From a virus (lineage: Duplodnaviria; Caudoviricetes): a DNA stretch of 64,000 nucleotides. The notes below the pieces were generated by a model. It ran no database searches and was not told the DNA's origin. It saw only the letters and a program-made list of their open reading frames with translations. The stretch spans positions 14,072-78,071 of the IMG/VR virus record IMGVR_UViG_2974719393_000001; one strand, written 5' to 3'. Every line of letters starts with the position of its first letter. Position 1 is the first letter of the stretch. Shown in pieces: positions 8,713 to 20,300 of this stretch. The position numbers were made by a program, and so were the translations under genes.

Positions 8713-10875
8713 GTGACAAAACGTTTACCAACACTAGAAACCATGACATTCAACCCAACGATTGAAGCTGTTGTGGATACACTGTGTGAGCGTACGCAGA
8801 ATGACAACCGTCAATTCTTCCGTCTCTTGGTCACCTACAATATGTGTAAGGTGGCCTCGATGATGCGTGCAAGCGTACTCACTCATGACCGTGGTAGCAT
8901 TCCTGTAAATATGTATGCTATCAACCTCGCAAGCTCAGGTTTCGGTAAAGGCTACTCAACTAACATCATGGAAGATGAGGTGCTACACCTATTCCGTGAG
9001 ACTTTCCTTGAGAAGACCTTCGAAATCCTAGCGGAAAACAACCTCGACATGATTGCTAATCGCCGAGCAGCCCGTAAAGGCACAGCTACGGATGATGAGC
9101 GCTTACGTGTCGATAAAGAGTTCGACGCATTGGGCCCACTTTTATTCGCATTTGACTCTGGTACTTCACCAGCTGTTAAGCAGATGCGTCAGAAACTTCT
9201 GATGGCAAATGTAGGTTCTATGAACTTCGAGTGTGATGAAATTGGTTCTAACCTGATTAACCAAATCGACGTTATGAATGTGTTCCTTGAACTGTATGAC
9301 GTAGGTAAGGTCAAGCAGAGGCTAGTGAAGTTTAGTGCTGAGAACCAGCGTAATGAAGAAATTCACGGGCGCACTCCTTGTAACATGATGTTGTTCGGTA
9401 CTCCGGCCAAGCTGCTTAACGGCGGTAAGACGGAAGAAGAACTAATGTCATTCCTTGAGACTGGTTATGGCCGACGCTGCCTATTCGGTTACTCACGTCA
9501 CTATGCATTCGACGAGGAGCTTACTCCTGAAGATGTATACGACATGATGACTAACACAGCATCAAGCCAAACCATTATCAATCTAGCAACACAACTGAAG
9601 CAACTAGCTGACCCAATGAACTTTGGCCGCGAAATTCCTATGGAAAAAGAAGTGGCACTACAGGTCATTGAATACAAGCTAATGTGTGAACGCTACGCGG
9701 CTAAGATGCCAGAGCATGAAGAAATTCGTCGTGCAGAAATGACACACCGATACTTCAAAGCACTTAAAGTTGCTGGTGCTCTAGCATTCATCGAGCAGTC
9801 AGACGACATTACCGAAGACCACCTGTACAACGCTATTGCACTTGTAGAAGAGTCTGGTAAAGGTCTAAACGCTCTATTAGCTCGTGAACGTCCATACGTG
9901 AAACTAGCTCAGTACATTGCTGGCGTTAATGGCGAACTAACTCACGCTGACCTAGTAGAAGAACTACCGTTCTACAAAGGCACCAATACTCAGAAGCAGG
10001 AAATGCTAACACTGGCTATTGCGTGGGCTTACAAAAACAACATCGTCATTAAGAAGTCATTTACCGAAGGTATTGAATTCTTGTCTGGTGAGTCCTTGAA
10101 GGAAACCAACCTAGACGAAATGATTATGGCCGCGTCAGATGACATCGCCTATGGCTATGAGAACCAACGAATCAAGTGGGATGAAATTGGTATGGTCGGC
10201 GAAAATGCCGGTTACCATTGGATTAACCACTGGTCAAAAGACGGACACCGTCATGATGACAAGATGATTCCAGGTTTCAATATGCTTGTACTGGATATCG
10301 ATAATGACGTGAGTCTTGAGACAGCAATGTTCTTAATGAAAGACTACACGTACTACATCTATACCACCAAGCGCCACACTGACGACGAGCACCGCTTCCG
10401 TATGATTCTGCCAACCAACTTCGAGTTGCGCCTTGATGCAGAAGATTACAAAGAATTCATGCACAACGTGTATGAATTTCTGCCGTTCAAGTCAGACGAA
10501 GCCACTGGCCAACGTGCTCGTAAATGGTTGACCCATGAAGGGGACACTTACAGCAATGAAGGCCAACTGTTCGACGTAATTCCATTCATTCCTAAAACCA
10601 CTAAGAACGAAGCACGTCAAGCTGCGAATGTTGACCTATCGAACCTGTCCAACTTGGAACGTTGGTTCTGTAACAACACCGGCAAAGGCAATCGCTCTAA
10701 CCAGCTAGTCAAGTACGCCTTGATGCTAGTGGATGCGGGTGGTGACGTGGACTACGTGACAGATGCAGTAATCTCGTTGAATGATAAGCTACCGAATAAA
10801 CTACCGGAAGCTGAAATTCATTCTACAATCATGGTCACAGCTAGTAAGGCAATCATTGCCCGAGCTAAGGTGTAG
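8713..10875 (+). CDS. DNA primase / replication protein (N4 gp43-like)
   Basis: P-loop ASSGFGKG, AEP-like LDID...TTKRH...RFRMILP, C-terminal PriCT-like GNRSNQL. Confidence 0.85.
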   Translation: MTKRLPTLETMTFNPTIEAVVDTLCERTQNDNRQFFRLLVTYNMCKVASMMRASVLTHDRGSIPVNMYAINLASSGFGKGYSTNIMEDEVLHLFRETFLEKTFEILAENNLDMIANRRAARKGTATDDERLRVDKEFDALGPLLFAFDSGTSPAVKQMRQKLLMANVGSMNFECDEIGSNLINQIDVMNVFLELYDVGKVKQRLVKFSAENQRNEEIHGRTPCNMMLFGTPAKLLNGGKTEEELMSFLETGYGRRCLFGYSRHYAFDEELTPEDVYDMMTNTASSQTIINLATQLKQLADPMNFGREIPMEKEVALQVIEYKLMCERYAAKMPEHEEIRRAEMTHRYFKALKVAGALAFIEQSDDITEDHLYNAIALVEESGKGLNALLARERPYVKLAQYIAGVNGELTHADLVEELPFYKGTNTQKQEMLTLAIAWAYKNNIVIKKSFTEGIEFLSGESLKETNLDEMIMAASDDIAYGYENQRIKWDEIGMVGENAGYHWINHWSKDGHRHDDKMIPGFNMLVLDIDNDVSLETAMFLMKDYTYYIYTTKRHTDDEHRFRMILPTNFELRLDAEDYKEFMHNVYEFLPFKSDEATGQRARKWLTHEGDTYSNEGQLFDVIPFIPKTTKNEARQAANVDLSNLSNLERWFCNNTGKGNRSNQLVKYALMLVDAGGDVDYVTDAVISLNDKLPNKLPEAEIHSTIMVTASKAIIARAKV

Positions 10876-10878
10876 CCT

Positions 10879-11136
10879 ATGCATTACACATCTGAAGGAC
10901 CAGGCGGAACCAAAGTCTATTGGATTCAACATGGAGCTGTATTCCTAAGTATCACTTACTTAGGGCGTCGTAAGGTTAACGCCTACATCGGTGTATCCAC
11001 CAAGCTTCCAAAAGGATATTTGCCCACTAACAGTGATAACACACCTGCGGTGGTCAAAAGGGCATTCAACAACGCAACCTCAGGACGCACAGAGTTTCCT
11101 GTAGGGGGCCTAATTCGAGTACAAGTCAATGACTGA
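10879..11136 (+). CDS. hypothetical protein
   Basis: Fills the gap between primase and the AAA gene; overlaps the next start. Confidence 0.6.
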   Translation: MHYTSEGPGGTKVYWIQHGAVFLSITYLGRRKVNAYIGVSTKLPKGYLPTNSDNTPAVVKRAFNNATSGRTEFPVGGLIRVQVND

Positions 11137-11854
11137 TTATGTAAATGACCATCTGGTATTGATTTCAGGCAAATCAGCTACCGGTAAATCAGCTTGTCTG
11201 ATGGGTTTGGAGAACCCAGAAGGCGTGATGTATCTCAACTGTGAGAACAACAAAAAGCTACCATTCCGTTCAAAATTCATGGAACTCACTGTAACTGACC
11301 CGTTGCAAGTCTATGAAGCATTCGAAGAAGCGGAAAGCATGCCTGATGTGCACACCATCGTAGTCGATACAGCGACATATATGATGGATATGTTCGAGTC
11401 TATGTACGTTCTAACAGCGGCAGACACTCGTTCAGCATGGGGCGACTATGCTCAGTTCTGGAAGAAACTGATGCAGAACTATGTGGCTAACTCCACCAAG
11501 AATGTTATCTTCTTGGCCCACACTAGTGACGTGATGAACGAAACTGACCAAGTGATGGAATCATTTGTGAAGTTCAAAGGTTCAATCATGAACAATGGCG
11601 TTGAGTCTTACTTCTCGACTGTAATTTCAACCAAGCGCGTACCGTTGAAAGACTTGAAGGAATACGACAACGATATGCTTGATATCACCAAAGAAGATGA
11701 AGCGGTGGGATTCAAGTACGTCTTCCAAACCAAACTTACGAAGAAAACTACCGGTGAGCGTATTCGTTCGTCACTAGGTATGTGGGACCGTAAGGAAACC
11801 TTCATCGACAACAATGCGCAGCACGTAGTTAACCGTCTGCGTGAATACTATTGA
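11129..11854 (+). CDS. Sak4-like AAA ATPase / recombinase (N4 gp44-like)
   Basis: Walker A GKSATGKS, IVVDT, IFLAH; upstream of SSB. Confidence 0.85.
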   Translation: MTDYVNDHLVLISGKSATGKSACLMGLENPEGVMYLNCENNKKLPFRSKFMELTVTDPLQVYEAFEEAESMPDVHTIVVDTATYMMDMFESMYVLTAADTRSAWGDYAQFWKKLMQNYVANSTKNVIFLAHTSDVMNETDQVMESFVKFKGSIMNNGVESYFSTVISTKRVPLKDLKEYDNDMLDITKEDEAVGFKYVFQTKLTKKTTGERIRSSLGMWDRKETFIDNNAQHVVNRLREYY

Positions 11855-11862
11855 GGTGATAC

Positions 11863-12339
11863 ATGCAGGAACTAGCTGAAAGTCTCATATATGACCCGTT
11901 AACTGGTGAATTTACATGGAAGGTCTCTAGCCCACGACGCAAAGCAGGTAGTAAAGCTGGTGGTGTAAGTGGTGCTGGTTACGTATACATCGGTTTTCAA
12001 AAGAAAGTCTATCTGGCACACCGAGTAGCGTGGTTCATTATGGAAGGTGAGGTTCCTGATTGTATAGACCACATCGATGGCGACCGTACTAACAACGCAT
12101 GGAACAATTTACGAAACATTTCTAAAAAAGAAAATCATCGTAACATGAAACGCAACTCTAAGAATACTACTGGAATCACTGGTGTATTTCCATATGAGCA
12201 CAATCGTTTCAGAGCTTGTATCACTGTTGACGGTAAAAATCTGCACCTTGGGTGTTTCGACACCATAGAGGAAGCCGCAGATGCTCGTAAAAACGCCGAG
12301 GTTAAGTATGGGTTTCATACTAACCACGGTAGAAACTAA
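11863..12339 (+). CDS. HNH homing endonuclease with AP2-like C-terminal domain
   Basis: YLAHRVAW...IDHIDGDRTNNAWNNLR; NTTGITGV...HLGCFDTIEEAADAR. Confidence 0.9.
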   Translation: MQELAESLIYDPLTGEFTWKVSSPRRKAGSKAGGVSGAGYVYIGFQKKVYLAHRVAWFIMEGEVPDCIDHIDGDRTNNAWNNLRNISKKENHRNMKRNSKNTTGITGVFPYEHNRFRACITVDGKNLHLGCFDTIEEAADARKNAEVKYGFHTNHGRN

Positions 12340-12362
12340 TTAGCTAATTAAGAGAAACTATT

Positions 12363-13082
12363 ATGTCATTTCTAAAAAATCTAGGTAAAGACAAAGATAT
12401 CCAACAAGAAACGGACAGCCTTGGCGGTGGTGCTAAAGAGTCTGGTCTATACAAGTGTGTTGTAGAAGCAGCATATCTTGGCGTTTCTAAAAACGGCGCG
12501 AACAGCATCACTATCGTGGCTAAGTCTGAAGAAGGTCACCAGTTCCGCGAAACCCTATGGGTAACCAACAAAGAAGGTAAAGAGTTCTACATCTACAACG
12601 ATGAGAAACGCTTCCTACCAGGTTACAACGTAGCGAATGCTATCGCCCTTCTGACTACAGGTTACGAACTAGCTGACCTTGATGACCCAGAAGAACGTAC
12701 TCTGAACATCTACGACTTCGACGAGAAGAAAGAGCTACCAACTCAAGTAGACTGTCTAACTCAGCTGCACGGCGAAGAAATCTGGCTTGGTATTCTTAAA
12801 GAAATCCAAGACAAAACTAAAGCTAACCCAGCGACTGGTAAGTACGAGCCAACTGGTGAAACACGTGAAGTGAACGTCATCGACAAAGTGTTCCGTGCTG
12901 AATCAGGTCTAACTGTAGCGGAAGCTCGTCTAGGCCAAGACACTGGTGACTTCATGGACAAATGGGTTAACAAGTGGTCTGGTAAGACTCGCGACAAGTC
13001 TAAAGGTGCTGCTGCTGCTGGTAAAGCTGGTGCTCCAAACCAAAGCGCTGCTAAACCTAAGTCGTCACTATTTAAGAAATAA
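12363..13082 (+). CDS. ssb: single-stranded DNA-binding protein (N4 gp45-like)
   Basis: DSLGGG, LPGYNVANAIALLT, TGETREVNVIDKVF, C-terminal SLF; synteny. Confidence 0.88.
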   Translation: MSFLKNLGKDKDIQQETDSLGGGAKESGLYKCVVEAAYLGVSKNGANSITIVAKSEEGHQFRETLWVTNKEGKEFYIYNDEKRFLPGYNVANAIALLTTGYELADLDDPEERTLNIYDFDEKKELPTQVDCLTQLHGEEIWLGILKEIQDKTKANPATGKYEPTGETREVNVIDKVFRAESGLTVAEARLGQDTGDFMDKWVNKWSGKTRDKSKGAAAAGKAGAPNQSAAKPKSSLFKK

Positions 13083-13477
13083 TGGCGGTAACTATTGTGT
13101 CACCCTTGCGGGTGGCACAATCCAAATCTAAAGACTTCATTCTCAACATGAACGTCTATCGTAATGCCCACTACAGAACCCTGCATAGCACAAAGAAGGA
13201 ATACGAATCGGTGATGGAAAATCAGATTCGATTCAAAGTTCCCCTTATGACAAAAGTCTCAGTGACATACGTGGTCTACCCACAGACCAGACGTAAGTGT
13301 GACCTCATGAATGTGGTCTCAATCCATTCCAAATATTTCCTTGATACTCTGGTTAAGCTCGGAAAGCTACCTGACGACAGCTACGACCATGTCATTAAAG
13401 AGTCCACTGCTTTTGGCGGTGTTGACAAAGACAACCCCAGAGTGGAAATCATCGTAGAGGACCTATCATGGCTCTAA
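13082..13477 (+). CDS. RusA-like Holliday junction resolvase (N4 gp46-like)
   Basis: LNMNVYRN, DLMN...K...D.L...G.LPDD, VDKDNPRVEI. Confidence 0.78.
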   Translation: MAVTIVSPLRVAQSKSKDFILNMNVYRNAHYRTLHSTKKEYESVMENQIRFKVPLMTKVSVTYVVYPQTRRKCDLMNVVSIHSKYFLDTLVKLGKLPDDSYDHVIKESTAFGGVDKDNPRVEIIVEDLSWL

Positions 13478-14019
13478 AAGTAAAAGTTAAAAAGACAGTC
13501 ACTCTTGACATCGATATCGACCAAGTTGGCCTAGAAAAGCTAGTACGCGACCACATTGCTGCAGAAGACCCGAACATCGTGGTTAAAGCAGTCAAGTTCG
13601 TAGCTACTCGTAAACCAGCTGGTGTAGTAGTAGAAGTTGAAGCGGAGTACCGTGATGACGACGAAGCTGACGACGTTAAAGCTGACGTGTGCAAAGGCTG
13701 CGGCGAAGCTGTATGCGAATGTAAGTCCGACACAGGCGAAGCGGAAAAGGAAGAAGATGCTCCAGACCCAGAGCCAGAAGCGGAAGAACAGCTGGAGCTA
13801 GAAGAGACAGAACCAGAAGCTACTTCGGAAGAATCTTTTGAAGACAGCGAAATGGATTTGATTGATGAAACTCTAGCGGAGCATGCCGATGAAGAAGACG
13901 CAGCAGCCATGGACTTGCCTGACGTTGACACCGACCTACCAGATGGTATGGACGACTTACCTGACGTGGACGCTGAGCCAGCACCAAAGAAACGTAAGTC
14001 CTTGTTTAATAAGGACTAG
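13468..14019 (+). CDS. acidic hypothetical protein (N4 gp47-like)
   Basis: Acidic low-complexity tail ending KSLF; internal CxxC..CxC. Confidence 0.7.
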   Translation: MALKVKVKKTVTLDIDIDQVGLEKLVRDHIAAEDPNIVVKAVKFVATRKPAGVVVEVEAEYRDDDEADDVKADVCKGCGEAVCECKSDTGEAEKEEDAPDPEPEAEEQLELEETEPEATSEESFEDSEMDLIDETLAEHADEEDAAAMDLPDVDTDLPDGMDDLPDVDAEPAPKKRKSLFNKD

Positions 14020-14022
14020 TGC

Positions 14023-14352
14023 ATGAATGATTTTGCTAATAGTACGGCAGGGGCTGCTAAAGTGTAGGGTTCAGTAGATGCAAAAGCTGTACGTGGTACA
14101 CGTAGCGTAGCCGAGATGATTATTCACTCGGAAGGCAACCTTGTAGATTTGCGCCGTCATAACGACATGCTTCGTTTTATGATTCGCCAACTCGACGGGT
14201 CAGCTGAAGAAGAACAACCATTATGCGGTGATTCAACAGCATGTGGTTGGAACCCTCGTCTAGACGACGTTACGACGCAGACCAGCCAAGAGTTAGCAAC
14301 GCAGGCGATGCTTACGCACCGCCTGGCTGAGCTAATGGGCCTAGAAGTTTAG
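14023..14352 (+). pseudogene. hypothetical gene with in-frame amber stop at codon 15 (or a shorter CDS 14116-14352)
   Basis: AAGGA-ATG at 14023 is in frame with the 14116 ORF, interrupted only by TAG at 14065-14067. Confidence 0.5.
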
Positions 14353-17300
14353 GTAGCGAAGTCATATACCTGAACAATAGGTAGCGACTCAACACCCATC
14401 TCTGCGTACTGGAAGAAGCCCAACTTGTTCGTAATTGAATTGAACAGGAAGAAGGCATCAAAGTACGTGGAGATGTCAACTCCAGTAAGATTAGTGAGAG
14501 CCAAGTATTCGAATACACGACGCGGATTGCGGATAGTGTTTCGGATGATGACATTCTGAATACGGAAGAAGTATTTGAAGAACCATAGCTGACCCACATC
14601 CCCAAGGTACTGTAAGTACTTGTTAGCCGGTAAGTCATAGTTTACAAATGCGTCTACCACATCATCAATGTCATTGGCTGTCACTTCACCTTTCGTATCA
14701 GTGCGGTATTTCAGCGCTGCATAACGAGAGGAGAAATCACCCAGCTGTGTGAACATGTACAAGCTGCGGTACACCTCAGAATCTTTATTGACTAGTAGAG
14801 CGTTAGTCGCGCTACGCGCACCTTTCGGTAGGCGGTTAGTCAAACCAGACACTTTATTCTGCATCTTGTTCATGTAGCTGAATGGGTTAGTGTCTTCCTC
14901 CACATCCTCAACAATCGCTGTTAACAAACCATGGTCAATCAAATGACGTGCAGGGTTTTTAGCCAGCTCCTCTTGCAGTTCCACAATGCGAGATTCAATC
15001 ACCTTCACTTTACGAACGTCCGGTTCAATATCCTTCTCAAACTGTAAACGACGAATCTTAGACTGAGCTTCCTGATAACGACGAGCCTCAGAGATACCCT
15101 CAATCTGATACTTGATTGCTGTACGCAATGGCATATCTTCTTGAAGAACCAGCTGCACTGTGTTCGAAATCATGTTACCCAGCATTACACGTAGGCCACG
15201 GATTACGATAAGGTCCTTGATTGTATGGCTTACTTCACTCAAGAACTTCTCACCATGCAATACTGCTTGAATCATTGGCTTCTCAAGTCGGTAGTTAATT
15301 GTTAACGCACGACCCAACTGAGCAACCCACATACTACGGTCATCATCCTCAGTGTGCTTACGCAGAACGTTAGCGATACTCGCCTTACGGTAACCGTAAA
15401 CCGTATCAAACAACGCAGAGTCTACGAATGCAGCCTCGCCCCACACACGACGTAAATCTTGGCGTGCTTCCGGTGGCATCATTCGGTACGCTTCGCGACC
15501 TCTTTTCGTTGGTGCATCCTTGCTCACTTCAATGAAGCGGCTAGTAGTACCACGAACTTTTGCAACATCGTATGCCTCTTTCAGACGTTTATTAATCTCA
15601 TTATTGAAATTCACAGTACCTTCAGCCTCTACAGTACGACCAAATGATTGACTTAAAATATCAATGAAATTCGTATCACGCCCTAGGATGTTCTCGCGCT
15701 CCGCACGGCTTACTACATACTGGAATCCAGTTACTGCACCATGTGCATTTAGTACCGGCACAAGATGATTGGTCAGTTGTGTAGACGTGTTAGAGTTCGC
15801 GAACATCGCCTCCATTGCCAAACGCTTCTGTGCTTTAGTCACTTTCGTGTACTTCTGCATAGTAGAGTAATCATCATAACCATTGAATGTAGTACGGCCA
15901 TCTAGGTTCTTAATACCAGACTGTGCCGCGTTAATAGTAGAGTACAGACCTTGTTGGTATTCGCCCAAACCACCAGTGCTTGAAGACACTAGGTATAGTT
16001 CATCTGGGTTACCATCGTACAAGTCTTTTTGTACTCGACGCACCAAGCTGTAGTTCGAAGAAGTCAACTTATTTAGGTCGCTCTTTCGTACCATTTTTAG
16101 GTCTTTAAATGAGTCATATACCTCGTTAAAGCCACCTTTCAAAGTAAGGAACTCATTGCCTTCGTAACGATGGTCAATCATGTCCTGTTTGTAAATCGAC
16201 AGCATTGTCTCAAGCGCAGCGTATGTTTCTGGTTTCTCCAGTACACGTGCGGCTGCATCTTTGTCTACTTTAGACTGATGCTTGAGAGCAACTAGCGTAG
16301 CTAGTTGGTCGATAAGCGGTGTTACTTCCGATGGGATGTAATCCTGGCTGTTATGGCCAACATGCTGAACCGCAATAGCATGCGCATTCGGTAGAGTGAA
16401 CTGCTCACTGGCCTGACCAGTAGCAATCAGTGTACCTAGCGATAGCGCCGAACGGATGTGGAAGTTGCTGTACGTACCAGACTTACCAGCGATTAGGTCT
16501 TTCAATACCTCGATGGTTTCATCTAGTTTCTGCTCATCACGCAATAGCGCCAGTACATCTTGTTGGTCAAGGTGTTCTGATTCCATGATGGCACGTAGGT
16601 CTGAATCCAACAGAGTACGAGTAAGGGCCTTGTTTTGTGCATCTGTCAGGTCTTGCTTGAAGATGTCACGCAGAACCTGTTTCACAGCCTTAGTCTTACC
16701 ATCACGAGCACCAGCGATAGCACGAGTCTTACCGATGGATAGACGACGGAACTCTTTGTTACGTTCATTCGTTGGAAGCATCTCTTCAACCATGCGTGGC
16801 AACCAAGCCATGATGCCATGAGACAATGACAAGTGAAGTTCATTCAGTGAGTCATATTGACCAGAAGTGAATGCACGCTTCACGCCACCACCTACGGTGG
16901 TGAACGCTCGCTTGATAGCGCGGGCCACAGCATTTTGGAAAATACCGGTCATACCTTTCTCGAATGCCTTCTTATACAGACCATAACCGTAATCCAGTTT
17001 CTGGAATGCACGCTCAGCTTTACGCTCTAAACCAGACTTACCAACTTGGTCAGCAACTGCCATGCGTTTAGATAGGCGGTCAACACGGTCTTTGTAATTA
17101 CGCAAACCTTTTGTACCAGTATAACGGTCAATGGCAACTTTCTTGAACAGGTCAACACCTGCTTCGATTGCACGAACATCAATGTCTTTCACACCTTTGT
17201 TCTTGCCAGGGCGACGATTGTAAGCCTTGTTTAACGCTTGGCGCATAGTAGGGTTTACACGAGCCAGTGCAATAAACGATGCCAAGTACTCCGAGCGGTT

Positions 17301-20300
17301 GTACGTATTTTCAATACCAGCGGTAGTAGTATCAACTTGCTGCTTAGGTGAACCATGTTGAATGAAGACTGAGTCATATTGAGCTTGACCGTTAGGGCCA
17401 AAATCTTCTGGCTTCAAGACCACTTTAGCGTTCTTGTACAGGTCAGCGATTTCTTTCGCGTACTTGTTATTGTCCGATAGAGCCTCGACCATCATTGCAC
17501 GGTACAACTGGAACGTGTGTTCTTCGACAGGCGACATATTGAATGAGCCCTTGAAGTTGTCCACACGAATGTCAGCACCAGCGTCCTTCAACTCATTCAA
17601 GCGTTCAGCAGTGTTGGCATGTGAGTTCAGGAAGTCATACTTCGCATTCTCCATAGCCGGTAAGATTTCACTCACGAACACCTCTTGAACCTGAGCAAAG
17701 TCTTTTTGGTTCATAGTAGAGATAGCAGCCAAGTCCTCGAAAGTCTTAGACGCTTCTTGGTTGTTGATGTTCGCATAGTCCTCTTGGAGTGACTTGCCTT
17801 TCTGACCGCGATTCGGTGCCTGAGCCTTAGGAGCCAATTCAGCAGCTGTAGTGAATAGGAAACTGAAAATTGAGTCTTCTTGGATTCGGTTACCACCTAG
17901 AGTCCAACGACGGATTAGTCGGCGAATGAAGTTCCAGATACGACCAAACAGACCACGAGGGTTGGATTCAGATTTAGCCTGAGCCAACTCAGTCATGATG
18001 TGGTAGTTAGTCAGTGCCCATGATAGGAATTCGCGGGTATTGATAGAACCGTCTTTACGTACCCAAGGGATATGACGGTTGATACCATCTGTAACTGCAC
18101 CATCTGGAGTGAAGCGCGTAACTAGGGCCTGGTTTTTCTCCAGGAACTCTTTAGCTTCTACAGCCAATGCTTCTAGGTCTTCAGCATAACGCTTACTCTT
18201 ACGACCAGAGTGAACCAATGCAATATCAAGTGCCGAGTGAACTAGTTCGTGGAACAGAGTTTCTACGTTAGCACCTGCCTTGTCTTGATTTAGGAAGATG
18301 GTGTTATCTTTGTAACGGTATGCACCCTTATGTTGACCACCAACTTCTTGTTCCATACCAGCATTGTCTACCACGCGGATAACAGGAAGGCTGCCAATTG
18401 CCTCGAATGCAGGCAATAGCACTTGGTCAATCAGACCTTCCTGTAGGAATGTCGCGTATTCACTGTTCTCTACACCAGCCTGTTTAATCAGGTTTAACAG
18501 ACGTGTTTTAGTACCACGCTTATTAAAGCTATGATGGCGATTCCAGTTGCGAGTAACAAATCCAGCCAAAGTAACGCTGTTAGGCAATTTAGCATTAATT
18601 TCAGCATCCATCGGGTTGTTGCTTTCCACTTTTTCATAATAATCCTTATCAGGGTTTAGTGGATTCAACTCCTCGAATGCGTCTTTAACAGTGCCATCAT
18701 TAGAGATAACTGTTGTCTTATCGTTAACAGCACCAAACTGGTCAACGGCCAAGTCTTGGTCGCTAAGTGCAGCGTGCTTGCGAATACCATCGGCGATAAC
18801 GGTTGCTTCCTCTTGAACCAAGTGGAACATTGAGGAGACAAAACCTTCGTCCATACGACGGTCTTCTTTGATGCGCATAGCATCCATTAACTCTTCGTAG
18901 TACTTAGGTGTTAACGAGTTAATACCACCATCTACTACTGCTGTGTAGTTCTCTAGAATTTTCGAGAATGTGTCATTATTGCGTAGGGATTTCATGTAAG
19001 AAGCGTTTGCAGCCTGAGCCAAAACATCCATACGTAAGCCGTTTATCAACACACCGTCGAACACTGTCATGAAGCCTTCGTTCAGTTGTTCCATGATTCC
19101 AAAAATCGTAGAAGCATCCGCCACCGAAATGGTAGAAGCAGCTACACCACCAGCACCTACATCCGTGATTTCCTGTCCAGTTACGAACAGAGGAGCAGTA
19201 GCATCACCCGCTTTGAGGGCATACTTACTGATTTGCTCCTTACCACGTGGTGCAGAATCATAGTTGTATAACGGAATTGCGTCTGACATGTCCTCGGCTG
19301 TATGCATGTCCAACTTCAAATTTGGTAGTTGGTCACCTAGCTCTAAGTAGATTTTTTCCAAATCTTTTACAGGCAATTCTTCAAATCGAGAAATTTCCAA
19401 TTCAGCACGTCGAGCCTCGATAGCATTCTCAATGCGTTGGCGAGCAAACACTGCACCAACTGAAGTCATGCGTGAAACCATAGTTGCTTGCGCAACTGCT
19501 GACTCATACACACCTTTAATACCATCAAGTTTTGCGCGACCATAAGAAAAGTCTTCTCGCATATTGTCAGTCAACATAGCTTGAATATCCACAGATAATT
19601 CGAAGTTAATCAATTTTTCTGGGGTATCCATCTGACTCATTAAGTTATTGTAGACCTTAGTAACTTCTGCTTGCCACTCTCCAGTGGTCTTACGCTCATT
19701 ACGCTTCTGGCCTTTAGACGATGCTGCAGCTTGAGCCAGTGTCCATACTAGACGCTCTTGGCCCATGCTTGATGTACCATCAATTACTTTCTGCAGTTCA
19801 CCATAGAAGTTAGCCATAATCTCACCAACCTCTGCACGCAATAGCGATGCGTCACCAGCGTTGTAGAACAGCTTAGTGATAAGAGACTTGGTTTCATTAC
19901 GGTTAACTTTCAAACCGCCCTTTAGTGATACCAGTTTAGGGTTCATAGCTTTCAGGGTAGTTTGGGCACCTAGAATCAAACGCTCAGCTTCCATACCTTC
20001 ATCTTTCAGTACTTGACTGGTTTGAGTCAGGCTTTCCTGTACTGCTTGAGCACCTTCTTCGTATAGACCATCTGCTTTATCTTCATAACGTTCAGCTGCT
20101 GTACGTTGGTCTTGTGCCGCGATAGTGATACCGGCACGACGTAGGTAAGCATCAAAATCCATGTCTGCAGTAAGTGACTGTAGGATTGCAGTGATAGGAC
20201 CATTATTCACACCATCTAGCTCGATAGGCATAACCACCTGCATAGAGGTCTGTTCTGCTTCTAGAGCATTACGGTAACGAGCGTACTCACGTAGAGCCAA

